Part shown: positions 28,467 to 38,731 of the stretch, piece by piece | How positions within the stretch are numbered: position 1 is the first letter of the stretch | Layout: each line of letters begins with the position of its first letter | From: an uncultured Candidatus Binatia bacterium | GTDB taxonomy: Bacteria; Desulfobacterota; Binatia; UBA9968; JAJDTQ01 | Direction: 5' to 3' | Length of the DNA stretch: 64,000 nucleotides | NCBI GenBank assembly: GCA_965213675.1 | Contig: OZ243916.1 | Span: 3,584,001-3,648,000, forward strand | Position numbers and translations under genes: made by a program | Notes under the pieces: generated by a model | What the model was told of the DNA's origin: nothing | What the model saw: the letters and a program-made list of their open reading frames with translations, nothing else | The model's database searches: none

Positions 28467-29864
28467 ATGGACTGGAGCATTGACGAGTTGGCGCGGGCGG
28501 CCAGGGGGACGATCATCCAGCGCGGGGCCGCGCTCCGGGTCGGAGAGATCCGCACGGACTCGCGCCAGGTGGAGCGGAACGACGTGTTCGTGGCGCTCCC
28601 GGGCGAGGTGCACGACGGGCACGCGTTCGTCGCCGAGGCGGTGCGGCGCGGAAGCGCTTGCGTCATCGTGCAGCGGAACGTGGCGCCGGCGCCGGAGGTG
28701 ACCGTGATTCGCGTGCGCGAAACCTTGCGGGCGCTGGGGGATGTCGCCCATTGCCATCGGCGGAAGCTGGCGCCGCGGGTGCTGGCGATCACCGGTTCGA
28801 ACGGAAAGACCACGACCAAGGAGATGCTGTTCTCGATTCTGCAACGCGCGCGCCTGGATGATCGCCCGTTGCGCGGCCGGGTGCTCAAGACCGAGGGCAA
28901 CTACAACAACCTCGTGGGTCTGCCCCTGACCCTGCTGCGCCTGCGCCGGCGCCACCGCGCCGCGGTGGTGGAACTGGGAACCAACCGGCCCGGCGAGATT
29001 CGCCGGCTCACGGCCATCGCCGAACCGGACGTGGCGGCCATCACCTCGGTGGCCGCGGCGCATCTTGCCGGTTTGAAGACGGTCGCCGGAGTGGCGCGGG
29101 AAAAGGGCGCGATCTTCCGCGGCCTGGGGGCCCACGGCGCCGCCGCGGTCAATCTCGACGACGTCCGGGTGGTGCGACAGAGCCGCGCGTTCCACGGGCG
29201 CGTGGTGACCTACGGCACGGGCGGCCATGTGCGCGGCGAGGAGCCGGAGATGCTCGCCGGCGGACGCCTGCGCTTCCACCTGCGCGTGGGTCGTCTGAGG
29301 GAGCCGGTGCGCCTGCGCCTGTGCGGACTGCACAACGTGCGCAACGCGGTGGGCGCCGCGGCCATGGCGCACGCCTTCGGGGCGGACGTGACCGCCATCC
29401 GCACGGGACTCGAGGCCGCGCGGCCCGCCGCCATGCGCATGGAAGTCGAGCGCTGGCGCGGCATCGGCATTGTCAACGATGCCTACAACGCCAATCCCGC
29501 CTCCATGGAGGCGGCCCTGGCCGCGCTTCGGGGGATGCCGGCGCGCGGGCGGCGCGTGGCGGTCCTGGGAGACATGCTGGAGATGGGCGAGAACGAGAGT
29601 GCCTGCCATCGTGAGTTGGGCGCGGCCGCGGCGCGCAGCGGCCTCGACGCCCTGTACGTCTGGGGCGGCTTCGCCGGCGAGGTCCGGCGCGGCGCCGTGG
29701 CCGCCGGCATGGAGCCGTCGGCGGTGCACGTGGCGCGCGGCCGCCGGAGCCTGGGGCAAGAGCTGCGCGGCGTGCTGCGCAAGGGCGACTGGCTATTGGT
29801 CAAGGGCTCGCGCGGCGCGGCCATGGAGCAGGTTCTGGCGGCGCTGAAGGATGGAGGAGCCTGA
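28467..29864 (+). CDS. murF: UDP-MurNAc-tripeptide--D-Ala-D-Ala ligase
   Basis: GSNGKTTTKE, NYNNLVGLP, NDAYNANP, LGDMLEMG, KGSRG. Confidence 0.96.
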   Translation: MDWSIDELARAARGTIIQRGAALRVGEIRTDSRQVERNDVFVALPGEVHDGHAFVAEAVRRGSACVIVQRNVAPAPEVTVIRVRETLRALGDVAHCHRRKLAPRVLAITGSNGKTTTKEMLFSILQRARLDDRPLRGRVLKTEGNYNNLVGLPLTLLRLRRRHRAAVVELGTNRPGEIRRLTAIAEPDVAAITSVAAAHLAGLKTVAGVAREKGAIFRGLGAHGAAAVNLDDVRVVRQSRAFHGRVVTYGTGGHVRGEEPEMLAGGRLRFHLRVGRLREPVRLRLCGLHNVRNAVGAAAMAHAFGADVTAIRTGLEAARPAAMRMEVERWRGIGIVNDAYNANPASMEAALAALRGMPARGRRVAVLGDMLEMGENESACHRELGAAAARSGLDALYVWGGFAGEVRRGAVAAGMEPSAVHVARGRRSLGQELRGVLRKGDWLLVKGSRGAAMEQVLAALKDGGA

Positions 29865-29867
29865 CGC

Positions 29868-30944
29868 GTGTTGTATTTGCTGCTCTATCCGCTGCATCCC
29901 GCGTTCCCGGTGCTGAACGTGTTCCGCTACATCACGTTCCGCGCGGCGCTGGCGGCGCTCCTGTCGCTGCTGCTGTCATTCGTCATCGGTCCCTGGCTCA
30001 TCCGCTCCCTCAAACAGTGGCAGATCGGCCAGCACATCCGCGAGGACGGACCCGCGCACCATGCCAGCAAGGCCGGCACCCCCACCATGGGGGGCACCCT
30101 GATCCTGCTGTCCCTGTCGCTGGCCACGCTGCTGGTGGCGGACGTCACCAACGTGTACGTGTTGCTGGCCCTGGCCGTGACCGTGGCGTTCGCGGCCATC
30201 GGCCTTGTGGACGACTGTCTCAAGCTCAGGAGCCGCAGCAGCCGCGGACTCTCCATGTGGAGCAAGCTCGTGCCCCAGACCGCGGTGGCCGCCGCCGCGG
30301 TGGTTTTGCTGCTGTCGCAGCCCGACTTCACCAGCACGGTGGCGGTGCCGTTCTTCAAGAACGTGCAGCCGGACCTGGGCCTCTGGTACGTGCCCTTCGC
30401 GGTGGTGGTGATCGTGGGCACCTCCAACGCGGTGAACCTGACCGACGGCCTCGACGGCCTCGCCATCGGCCCGGTGATGACCGCGGCGGCCGCCTACGCC
30501 ATCATCGTCTACCTCGCCGGTCACGCGAAGTTCGCCGAATATCTCCAGATTCCCCACGTGTCCCGGGTCGGCGAGTTGACGGTGTTCTGTGCCGCGGTGG
30601 TGGCGGCAGGCATGGGTTTCCTGTGGTTCAACACCTATCCCGCGCAGATCTTCATGGGCGACGTCGGCAGCCTGGGTCTCGGCGCCGCCCTGGGCATCGT
30701 CGCCGTGGTCAGCAAGAACGAGATCCTGCTGGTGTTGGTGGGCGGGGTGTTCGTGATGGAAGCGGTGTCGGTGATCGTGCAGGTGGCGTCCTACAAGACG
30801 CGCGGCAAACGGGTCTTTCGCATGGCGCCGATCCACCACCATTACGAGCTCAAGGGTTGGCCGGAGCCGCAGATCATCGTGCGGTTCTGGATCGTGTCGA
30901 TCATTTGCGCGCTGTTCGCGTTGAGCACGCTGAAACTGCGCTGA
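29868..30944 (+). CDS. mraY: Phospho-MurNAc-pentapeptide transferase
   Basis: KAGTPTMGG, NAVNLTDGLDGLA, FMGDVGS, MAPIHHHYE. Confidence 0.98.
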   Translation: MLYLLLYPLHPAFPVLNVFRYITFRAALAALLSLLLSFVIGPWLIRSLKQWQIGQHIREDGPAHHASKAGTPTMGGTLILLSLSLATLLVADVTNVYVLLALAVTVAFAAIGLVDDCLKLRSRSSRGLSMWSKLVPQTAVAAAAVVLLLSQPDFTSTVAVPFFKNVQPDLGLWYVPFAVVVIVGTSNAVNLTDGLDGLAIGPVMTAAAAYAIIVYLAGHAKFAEYLQIPHVSRVGELTVFCAAVVAAGMGFLWFNTYPAQIFMGDVGSLGLGAALGIVAVVSKNEILLVLVGGVFVMEAVSVIVQVASYKTRGKRVFRMAPIHHHYELKGWPEPQIIVRFWIVSIICALFALSTLKLR

Positions 30945-31006
30945 GGGCTGGCGAAGTGGTGTCGGTCGCTAGGAGCATGGAACGGGTTACGGGCGGCAAG
31001 CCGGTC

Positions 31007-32341
31007 ATGGAACTGCAAGGCAGGAACATCATGGTGCTGGGTCTGGCGCGCACGGGTCTGGCCGTGGCGCGCTTCGTGACGCGCCGCGGCGCCACCGTGG
31101 TGGGCGTGGACGCGCGCGCCGCCGGGCAGATGGAACAGGCTCGGGCGGAGTTGGCGCGGATTTCGGCGGTGGGCCGCTTCGGCCGCGAGGACACGGCTTG
31201 GCTCGATGGGGTGGACGCGGTGGTGCCGAGTCCGGGAGTGCCGCGGCACAACCCGCTTCTGGCGGAGGCCGCGCGCCGCGGCATCGAGGTGTGGAGCGAG
31301 ATCGAGCTGGCGGCACGGTTCGCGTCCATGCCGCTCGTGGCGGTCACTGGCACCAACGGGAAGACCACCACCACCAGCCTCATCGCCGCGATGCTGCAGG
31401 CCGCGGGCCTGCGCGCATTCGCCGGCGGCAACATCGGCAAGCCCTTGATCGACTACGTGGACGAGACCTGGGACTGGGGCGTCGTGGAGGTGAGCAGCTT
31501 CCAGCTCGAGTGGGTGCGGGAGTTCCGTCCGCGCGTCGCGCTGTTCCTGAACCTGAGCGAGGACCATCTCGACCGCTACGACTGCCTGGAGAGCTACGGC
31601 GCGGCCAAGGCCGGGATCTTCGCCGCCCAGCGGCCGGGCGACGTCGCGGTGCTGAACCGCGACGATCCCTGGGTGTGGGGCCTGCGCCGCCGTTTGACCG
31701 CCCGGGTGGTGTCCTTCGGCTGGTCTGAAGCGGCCGAGGGGGCGTTCGTTGCGGGAGACGAGATCGTGTGGCGCGGCGGCGGGGTCGAGGCGCGCCTGCC
31801 GTTGCGGGAACTGCGGCTGCGTGGCGTGCACAACGTCGAGAACGTCATGGCGGCGGTGTGCGCGGCCCGGGCGGCGGGGGTCCGCGCCAACGCCCTGGAG
31901 ACGGCGGCGCGGCGCTTCCCCGGCATCGAACACCGGCTGGAGTTCGTGCGCGAGCTGGACGGTGCGCGCTACTACAACGATTCCAAGGGCACCAACGTCG
32001 GCGCGGTGGAGAAATCGCTGGCGAGCTTCGACGCGCCCGTGGTGCTCATCGCCGGCGGTGTGCACAAGGGCGGCAGCTACGACGCCCTGGCGCCGCTCGT
32101 GCGCGAGCGTGTGCGCAAGCTGATCCTGCTGGGGGCGTCCGCGCCGCTCATGCGGACGGCGCTGGAGGCGTCCGCGGATACGGTGACGGCGCCGGACCTC
32201 GCCGCGGCGGTGTCCGCCGCACGGGCCGCGGCTTGCCCCGGGGACGTGGTGCTGTTGTCGCCGGCGTGCTCGAGCTTCGACATGTTCGAGAACTACGCTG
32301 CGCGCGGGCGCGCATTCAAGGAGTTGGTGCAGGCGCTATGA
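31007..32341 (+). CDS. murD: UDP-MurNAc-L-Ala--D-Glu ligase
   Basis: GTNGKTTT, EVSSFQLE, DHLDRY, NDSKGTN, LSPACSSFDMF. Confidence 0.96.
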   Translation: MELQGRNIMVLGLARTGLAVARFVTRRGATVVGVDARAAGQMEQARAELARISAVGRFGREDTAWLDGVDAVVPSPGVPRHNPLLAEAARRGIEVWSEIELAARFASMPLVAVTGTNGKTTTTSLIAAMLQAAGLRAFAGGNIGKPLIDYVDETWDWGVVEVSSFQLEWVREFRPRVALFLNLSEDHLDRYDCLESYGAAKAGIFAAQRPGDVAVLNRDDPWVWGLRRRLTARVVSFGWSEAAEGAFVAGDEIVWRGGGVEARLPLRELRLRGVHNVENVMAAVCAARAAGVRANALETAARRFPGIEHRLEFVRELDGARYYNDSKGTNVGAVEKSLASFDAPVVLIAGGVHKGGSYDALAPLVRERVRKLILLGASAPLMRTALEASADTVTAPDLAAAVSAARAAACPGDVVLLSPACSSFDMFENYAARGRAFKELVQAL

Positions 32342-33444
32342 GCGGGATCCGCGACATGGACCGCTGGATGGTGGTGAGCCTCGTGGCGCTGCTCGCCATC
32401 GGCATCACCATGGTGCTGAATACCAGTTACCTCTTCTCCCAGGAGCGCTTCGGCGACGGCACCTACCTCTTCCGCAGGCAGTTGGCGGCAATCGGGATCG
32501 GCCTCACCGGGCTGTGCGTGGCCGTGCTGTTGCCTCCCTCGGTCTACCGGCGCCTCACCGTGCCGCTCTTCGTCGTCGCGCTGGCGTCCTTGGTGCTGGT
32601 GCTCTGGCCCGGCGTGGGCCTGGTCCGGGGCGGCGCCCAGCGTTGGCTCGGCGTGGCGCCGTTCGTGTTCCAGCCTTCCGAGCTGGCCAAGGTGAGCTTC
32701 GTCCTCTACCTGGCCTTCACGCTATCCAGGAAGGGCGCGCGCCTGGAGCAGTTCCTGTCCGGGCTGCTGCCGCCGCTGCTGGTGACCGGGCTGTTCGTGC
32801 TGTTGCTGCTGGCCGAACCGGACTTCGGTTCCGCGTTCACCCTCGCCGTCATCGCGCTGGCGATGTTTTTCGTTGCCGGCGGCCGGTTGCTGCACCTCGC
32901 CGGCGTCGCCCTGGCGGCCATGCCTGTGGCCGCGTATCTGATCATGACCTCGGACTACCGGGTCAAGCGCTTGCTGGCCTTCCTGGACCCATGGAGCGAC
33001 TCGGCCAACAGCGGCTTCCAGATCATCCAGTCCTACATCGCCTTCGGTTCCGGTCAGTTGTGGGGCCGGGGCCTGGGACAGAGCCGGCAGAAACTCCTTT
33101 ACCTGCCGGAGGCGCACACGGACTTCATCTACTCGGTAATCGGCGAGGAACTGGGCCTGTGGGGGGCGCTCCTGGTGGTGCTGCTGTTCGGCATCCTGCT
33201 GTTCCGCGGCGTGCGGCTGGCGCTGGCCCGGGAGGAGCCGTTCACGCGCCTCATGGTGTTCGGCCTGACCCTGCTGCTGGGGTTTCAGGCGCTGGTGCAC
33301 ATGAGCGTGGTCATGGGGCTGGTGCCCACCAAGGGCCTGGTGCTTCCGTTCGTGAGCTATGGGGGCTCGGCCATGGTGGTGCACCTTACGGTCGCAGGGA
33401 TGCTGCTGAGCGCTTCCTGCCGGAGGGACCCGCCATGCGACTGA
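32338..33444 (+). CDS. ftsW: Peptidoglycan glycosyltransferase FtsW
   Basis: QPSELAK, EPDFG, LPEAHTDF, PTKGL.LPFVSYGGS. Confidence 0.96.
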   Translation: MSGIRDMDRWMVVSLVALLAIGITMVLNTSYLFSQERFGDGTYLFRRQLAAIGIGLTGLCVAVLLPPSVYRRLTVPLFVVALASLVLVLWPGVGLVRGGAQRWLGVAPFVFQPSELAKVSFVLYLAFTLSRKGARLEQFLSGLLPPLLVTGLFVLLLLAEPDFGSAFTLAVIALAMFFVAGGRLLHLAGVALAAMPVAAYLIMTSDYRVKRLLAFLDPWSDSANSGFQIIQSYIAFGSGQLWGRGLGQSRQKLLYLPEAHTDFIYSVIGEELGLWGALLVVLLFGILLFRGVRLALAREEPFTRLMVFGLTLLLGFQALVHMSVVMGLVPTKGLVLPFVSYGGSAMVVHLTVAGMLLSASCRRDPPCD

Positions 33445-34565
33445 TCGTGGCCGGCGGCGGCACCGGCGGTCATCTCTTCCCCGGTCTCGCGGTGGCGCGG
33501 GAGTTTCTCCGGCGTCACGAGGACGCGCGCATTCTCTTCGTGGGCAGCCGCTGGGGGATCGAGAGCCGTGTGGTCCCGCAGACCGGGTTCCCGCTGGAGC
33601 TGTTGCCGATCCGGGGTCTCAAGGGACGGGGACTCAAGGGGTTGCTGGACGGGCTGTACGGCATTCCCCTGAGCCTGTGGCGCTCCCGCGCCATCATCCG
33701 CCGCTTCGATCCGCAGTGCATCATCGGGCTGGGCGGCTACGCTTCCGGTCCGCTGTTGCTCGCCGGCCGGTGGCGCCGCATCCACTGCGCGGTGCTGGAG
33801 CAGAACCTGCGCCCGGGCCTCACCAACCGCGTCCTGGGCCGGCTCGTGGACCGCGTATTCACGAGCTTCCGCGAGAGCGTGGCGTACTTCCCCGCGGACA
33901 AGGTGGTGCTCGCCGGCACGCCGGTGCGCTGGCGCGAGTTGCCGGAGGTGGAGCGTCAGCCGGAGCGCTTTCACCTCCTGGTCTTCGGCGGCAGTGCCGG
34001 GGCGCGCCGGATCAACGAGACGGTGCTGGGCGCGCTGGCGTGCCTGGGGGAGGCGGCGGCCGGCTTCCGCGTCACGCACCAGACCGGGCGCGCGGACGAG
34101 CAGCGGGTTCGGCAAGGCTACGCGTCGCTCCCGTGCGACGCCGAGGTGCTGCCGTTCATCGACCGCATGGACCGGGCCTACGCCGCGGCCGATCTGGTGG
34201 TGTGCCGCGCGGGCGCCTCGACCCTGGCCGAGTTGACGCTGTTCGGCAAGCCTGCGGTGCTGATTCCGTATCCCTACGCGGCCCACGATCACCAGCGCCT
34301 CAACGCGCTGGCGCTGGTGCGGGCGGGCGCCGCGGCGATGATCGTGGAGCGGGATCTTACCGCCAGCGGGTTGGCGGAGACCCTGCGCGCGCTTCGCGGC
34401 GATGCCGCCCGGCGCCGCGCCATGGGCGAGGCGGCCGCCGGCCTGGGGCGGGGCGACGCAGCCGAGCGCATCGTCGACGAGTGCCATGCGCTGGTGCCGG
34501 CGTGGTCGCGCCGGGCATCCGGCGCCGCGGCCGGCCCGGCCGGCGGGGGGGCGATGGCATCATGA
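33435..34565 (+). CDS. murG: MurG glycosyltransferase
   Basis: GGGTGGH, GGYAS, EQN, RAGAST, HQRLNA. Confidence 0.96.
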   Translation: MRLIVAGGGTGGHLFPGLAVAREFLRRHEDARILFVGSRWGIESRVVPQTGFPLELLPIRGLKGRGLKGLLDGLYGIPLSLWRSRAIIRRFDPQCIIGLGGYASGPLLLAGRWRRIHCAVLEQNLRPGLTNRVLGRLVDRVFTSFRESVAYFPADKVVLAGTPVRWRELPEVERQPERFHLLVFGGSAGARRINETVLGALACLGEAAAGFRVTHQTGRADEQRVRQGYASLPCDAEVLPFIDRMDRAYAAADLVVCRAGASTLAELTLFGKPAVLIPYPYAAHDHQRLNALALVRAGAAAMIVERDLTASGLAETLRALRGDAARRRAMGEAAAGLGRGDAAERIVDECHALVPAWSRRASGAAAGPAGGGAMAS

Positions 34566-35974
34566 GCCGCCCGGCGCCGCGCGATACCCGGCCGTTCGAA
34601 CGGCGTCACCGGGTCCACTTCGTCGGCATCGGCGGCGTGGGCATGAGCGGCATCGCGGAGGTCTTGTTGAACCTCGGTTACGAGATCAGCGGTTCCGACC
34701 TGCAGGAAGGCGACGCCACCCGCCGGCTGCGCGCGCTGGGCGCCGCGGTGCACATCGGCCACGACGCCGCGCACTTGCCGGACGCGCTTTCGGTGGTGGT
34801 GATTTCCACCGCCGTGAAGTTCGCCAACCCCGAGGTGGCGGCGGCCAAGGAGAGGCAGATCCCGGTGATTCCGCGGGCGGAAATGCTCGCCGAACTGATG
34901 CGCATGAAGTACGGCATTGCCGTGGGCGGAAGCCACGGCAAGACCACGACCACGTCGATGATCGGCCACGTGCTCACCGAGGCGGGCATGGATCCGACCC
35001 TGGTCATCGGTGGCCGCGTGCGTTCGCTGGCGGGCAACGCGCAGATGGGCAAGGGCGACATCCTGGTGGCCGAAGCGGACGAGAGCGACGGCACGTTCCT
35101 GCTGCTCTCGCCAGCGGTGGCGGTGGTGACCAACATCGACCGCGAGCACATCGACTACTACGGCACCACCGACGGCCTCATAGACGCCTTTCTGGCGTTC
35201 GTCAACAAGGTGCCGTTCTACGGCGTCGCGGTCCTGTGTCTCGACCACCCGACGGTGCGCGCGCTGATGCCGCGAGTCCACAAGCGGGTGGTGACCTACG
35301 GCCTGTCCGCGGATGCGGATTTCAGCGCCGAGCGCGTGGCGACCCGGCGCATGGAGTCGACGTTTTCGGTGCGGCGCCGGGGGCATGCGCTCGGCGCCGT
35401 GCGTCTGCCCATGCCGGGCCGTCACAGCGTCGCCAACGCGCTGGCCGCCATCGCCGTGGCCGGCGAACTGGGAGTGGAATTCGACCAGGCGGCCGCGGCC
35501 CTGAACGCCTTCGCGGGCATTCACCGCCGCTCGGAGATCAAGGGAGAGGCGGCCGGGGTGCTGGTCATGGACGACTACGGACACCATCCGGCGGAGATCG
35601 AGACCACGCTGCAGGCCATTGCGGAAGGATGGGAGCGGCCGTTGACGGTGGTGTTCCAGCCGCATCGTTACAGCCGCACGAGGGACCTGTTCGAGGACTT
35701 CGTGTCGGCCTTTGATCGCGCCCACCGGCTCATCCTCACGGAGATCTTCGCCGCCGGCGAGGAACCGGTGTCCGGTGTCAGTGGCGCGGAACTGTATCGG
35801 GCCATTCGCCGGCGGGGCCACATGGACGTGGAGTTCGTCGCCTCCCGGGAAGACATCGCCGCCGGGCTGGCGCCGCGTCTGGCCGAGGGCGAAATGGTCC
35901 TGACCCTCGGGGCGGGAGACGTCTACAAGGTAGGGGAGTCTTTGCTTGAATGTCTGCGGGAACAGCGCCCATGA
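34562..35974 (+). CDS. murC: UDP-MurNAc--L-Ala ligase
   Basis: GIGGVGMSGIA, HGKTTTT, EADESD, DDYGHHP, FQPHRYSRT. Confidence 0.97.
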   Translation: MSRPAPRDTRPFERRHRVHFVGIGGVGMSGIAEVLLNLGYEISGSDLQEGDATRRLRALGAAVHIGHDAAHLPDALSVVVISTAVKFANPEVAAAKERQIPVIPRAEMLAELMRMKYGIAVGGSHGKTTTTSMIGHVLTEAGMDPTLVIGGRVRSLAGNAQMGKGDILVAEADESDGTFLLLSPAVAVVTNIDREHIDYYGTTDGLIDAFLAFVNKVPFYGVAVLCLDHPTVRALMPRVHKRVVTYGLSADADFSAERVATRRMESTFSVRRRGHALGAVRLPMPGRHSVANALAAIAVAGELGVEFDQAAAALNAFAGIHRRSEIKGEAAGVLVMDDYGHHPAEIETTLQAIAEGWERPLTVVFQPHRYSRTRDLFEDFVSAFDRAHRLILTEIFAAGEEPVSGVSGAELYRAIRRRGHMDVEFVASREDIAAGLAPRLAEGEMVLTLGAGDVYKVGESLLECLREQRP

Positions 35975-36885
35975 GCACGGACCGGCTGGCCGTGGAACTG
36001 AGCGGCATCCCCGGCCTGAAGGTGAAGGCGGGCGAGCCCCTGGCGCGCTGCACCTCCTTCAAGGTCGGCGGCCCCGCGGACGTGTTCGTCGAGGCGCATA
36101 CCAGGACGGGTCTGGGCGCGTGCCTGGAACTCTTGTCGCGCTGCGCCGTCCCGGTGCTGCTTCTGGGCAATGGCAGCAACATGCTGGTGAGCGATCAGGG
36201 CGTTCGCGGCGCCGTGCTGCGGTTGCGCGGCGAGTTCCGCCGGGCGCGCTGGCTGGGGGACGGGGCGCGCGTGGGCGCGGCCTGCGCCGTGAGCCGGTTG
36301 GTGCGCGAGGCGGTGCGCCGCGGTCTCGGCGGATTGGAGTTCGCCGAAGGGATACCGGGCAGCGTCGGGGGATCGCTGGTGATGAACGCCGGCGCCTACG
36401 GATCGGCGATGGAACGCCTGGTGACCCGAGTCGAGGGGGTGACCGTGGCCGGCGCGCCACTGGCGCTCGGGCGCGACGAGCTGCACTTCGCTTACCGGCA
36501 GACGCGGCTTCCCGCGGGTGCGGTGGTGACCCGCGTCGACCTGGCGCTCACGCCGGACGCGCCCGCGGCCGCCGCATCGCGCATGCGCAAGATCATGGCG
36601 AGCCGCCGCGCCAGCCAGCCCTCGGGCCGGCCCAACTTCGGCTCGGTCTTCCGCAATCCGCCGGGAGACCACGCCGGACGGCTGATCGAGGCGGCCGGGC
36701 TCAAGGGCCTGCGTGTGGGGCGCGCCGAAGTGTCCCGGCGCCACGCCAACTTCATACAGAATCTCGGCGGCGCGCGCGCCGAGGACGTGCGGCAACTGAT
36801 CGAGCAGGTGCGCGGCGCGGTGGAAAGCCGGTTCGCCGTGGCCCTGCAGCCGGAGGTCCGATTCGTGGGGGAATGGCCGCAATGA
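35971..36885 (+). CDS. murB: UDP-GlcNAc-enolpyruvate reductase
   Basis: GGPAD, GNGSN, GIPGSVGG, MNAGAYG, GSVFRNP, HANF. Confidence 0.96.
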   Translation: MSTDRLAVELSGIPGLKVKAGEPLARCTSFKVGGPADVFVEAHTRTGLGACLELLSRCAVPVLLLGNGSNMLVSDQGVRGAVLRLRGEFRRARWLGDGARVGAACAVSRLVREAVRRGLGGLEFAEGIPGSVGGSLVMNAGAYGSAMERLVTRVEGVTVAGAPLALGRDELHFAYRQTRLPAGAVVTRVDLALTPDAPAAAASRMRKIMASRRASQPSGRPNFGSVFRNPPGDHAGRLIEAAGLKGLRVGRAEVSRRHANFIQNLGGARAEDVRQLIEQVRGAVESRFAVALQPEVRFVGEWPQ

Positions 36886-37847
36886 GCGAACAGGCCGGGA
36901 CATTCCGGACGCGCCGCGTGGGGGTCCTCTACGGCGGGCCTTCCGCGGAACGGGAAGTGTCGCTGGTGTCCGGCAAGGAGGTGGCCGGCGCCTTGCGCGA
37001 GCGCGGCTACGCGTCGGTGTCGCTCATCGACGTGGATGCCGATCTGCCCGCGCGCCTGCGCGCGGAGCGCATCGACGCGGCCTTCATCGCCCTCCACGGA
37101 AAGCTGGGCGAGGACGGCTGCGTGCAGGGGCTGCTGGAAGTCATGGGGATTCCCTATACGGGCTCGGGGGTGACGGCCTCGGCCGTGTGCATGGACAAGG
37201 TGCTCGCCAAGCAGGTGTTGGTGCGCAGCCGCATCCCCACGCCGGCGTACGAGGTGGTGACGCCGGACACCTGGATGAACGCCAGGCTGCCGTTGCCCGT
37301 GGTGGTCAAGCCGCGCGCCGAAGGGTCCACCATCGGGGTTACCATCGTGCGCCGGCGGCGCGACCTGGCGCGGGCCGTGCGCGAGGCCTGCCGGCTGGAC
37401 CGCGACGCACTGGTGGAAACCTATGTGCCGGGCAAGGAGATCACGGTGGGCCTCCTCAACGGCGACGCCCTCGGGGTCACGGAGATCCGTCCGGTCACGG
37501 GGTTCTATGACTTCAAGACCAAGTACACCTCGGGCATGGCGGCCCACGTCTTCCCCGCGCCCTTGCCCCGCCCACTCTACCGCCGCGCCATGCGCCTGGC
37601 GGCGCGCGCCTGCGCGGTACTCGGCTGCGAAGGGGCGCCGCGGGTGGATTTTCGCATCTCGCCGGAGGGACGGCTGTACGCCCTCGAGGTCAACACGTTG
37701 CCGGGGATGACGCCGCTGAGCCTCTTGCCGGAGATCGCCGCGGGGGTCGGCATCGGCTTCGGCGAACTGGTGGAGCGCATCCTCGACCGGGCCGCGCTCA
37801 GGAACGGAACGCGGAATGCTCCCGCACCGGAGGCAGACCATGACTGA
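36882..37847 (+). CDS. ddl: D-Ala-D-Ala ligase
   Basis: GGPSAEREVSL, LHGKLGEDG, FYDFKTKY, EVNTLPGMT. Confidence 0.96.
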   Translation: MSEQAGTFRTRRVGVLYGGPSAEREVSLVSGKEVAGALRERGYASVSLIDVDADLPARLRAERIDAAFIALHGKLGEDGCVQGLLEVMGIPYTGSGVTASAVCMDKVLAKQVLVRSRIPTPAYEVVTPDTWMNARLPLPVVVKPRAEGSTIGVTIVRRRRDLARAVREACRLDRDALVETYVPGKEITVGLLNGDALGVTEIRPVTGFYDFKTKYTSGMAAHVFPAPLPRPLYRRAMRLAARACAVLGCEGAPRVDFRISPEGRLYALEVNTLPGMTPLSLLPEIAAGVGIGFGELVERILDRAALRNGTRNAPAPEADHD

Positions 37848-38694
37848 TGTGCGCGCCCGGTTACGGAAGCTCACCCGCGTCATCCGCGGCCGCGCGCGGC
37901 TGGCCGTTGCCGCCGCCGGTTGCGCGTTGGCGCTGGCCGCGTGGTTGTATCCGCACGCTTTCAGCGGAGCGTACCGGCAGTCACGGGACCTCGTTCGCCA
38001 AGCGAGCGTCGCCATCCCCGGTGCGGCGCAGAACATCTCGGAGTTCGTTCTCACGCATCCCTATTTCGCGGTGCGCGAGGTCAAGGTCCTGGGAGCGCAA
38101 CGGGTGAAGGGCGAGGACATCGTGGTGACGTCCGGGTTGGAGCCGCGCAGCGGCATCTGGAGCATCGACCCTGCGGAGCTGGGGCGGAAGGTGGAGCGGC
38201 ATCCGTGGGTGAAGCGGGCGCGGGTGCGGCGCGAGTTGCCAGCGCGGCTGACCATCACCGTCGAAGAGTGGAGCCCCGCCGGCATCGTTGCGCTGGACCG
38301 GCTGTACTACGTGACGGAAGGCGGCGTGGTCTTCAAGGCCCTGGGTGACGAGGACTCCGTGGACCTGCCGTTCGTGACCGGCCTGCGCGCCGCCGGTCTC
38401 GCGCCGGAAGCTGCGGAAACGCGGAAGAAGCTGTCGCAAGTGCTGGAGTTGGCGCATACGGTGGAGCGCACCGGGTTGAAGCTGTCGGAGGTGCGCATCC
38501 AGTCCGGCGGCGGCGTGGTGCTCTATCCGGTTTCCTACCCGGTGCCGTTCTACATGGGCTGGGGCGACTGGGACGACAAGCTCCAGCGGCTCCGATGGTT
38601 CCTGCGCAAGTTCCGGGAACAGGAGAGCGTTTTCCGGGCGGTGGACCTGAGTTTCAAGGGGCAGGTGGTGACGCGTCCCCGGAAACGGGCGTAG
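37840..38694 (+). CDS. ftsQ: Cell division protein FtsQ/DivIB
   Basis: TM plus POTRA (HPWVKRARVRRELP..LTITVEE); position in dcw. Confidence 0.88.
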   Translation: MTDVRARLRKLTRVIRGRARLAVAAAGCALALAAWLYPHAFSGAYRQSRDLVRQASVAIPGAAQNISEFVLTHPYFAVREVKVLGAQRVKGEDIVVTSGLEPRSGIWSIDPAELGRKVERHPWVKRARVRRELPARLTITVEEWSPAGIVALDRLYYVTEGGVVFKALGDEDSVDLPFVTGLRAAGLAPEAAETRKKLSQVLELAHTVERTGLKLSEVRIQSGGGVVLYPVSYPVPFYMGWGDWDDKLQRLRWFLRKFREQESVFRAVDLSFKGQVVTRPRKRA

Positions 38695-38731
38695 GCGGCG
38701 GTCGCCATCGAAAGAAGGGGCGTAAAACGCA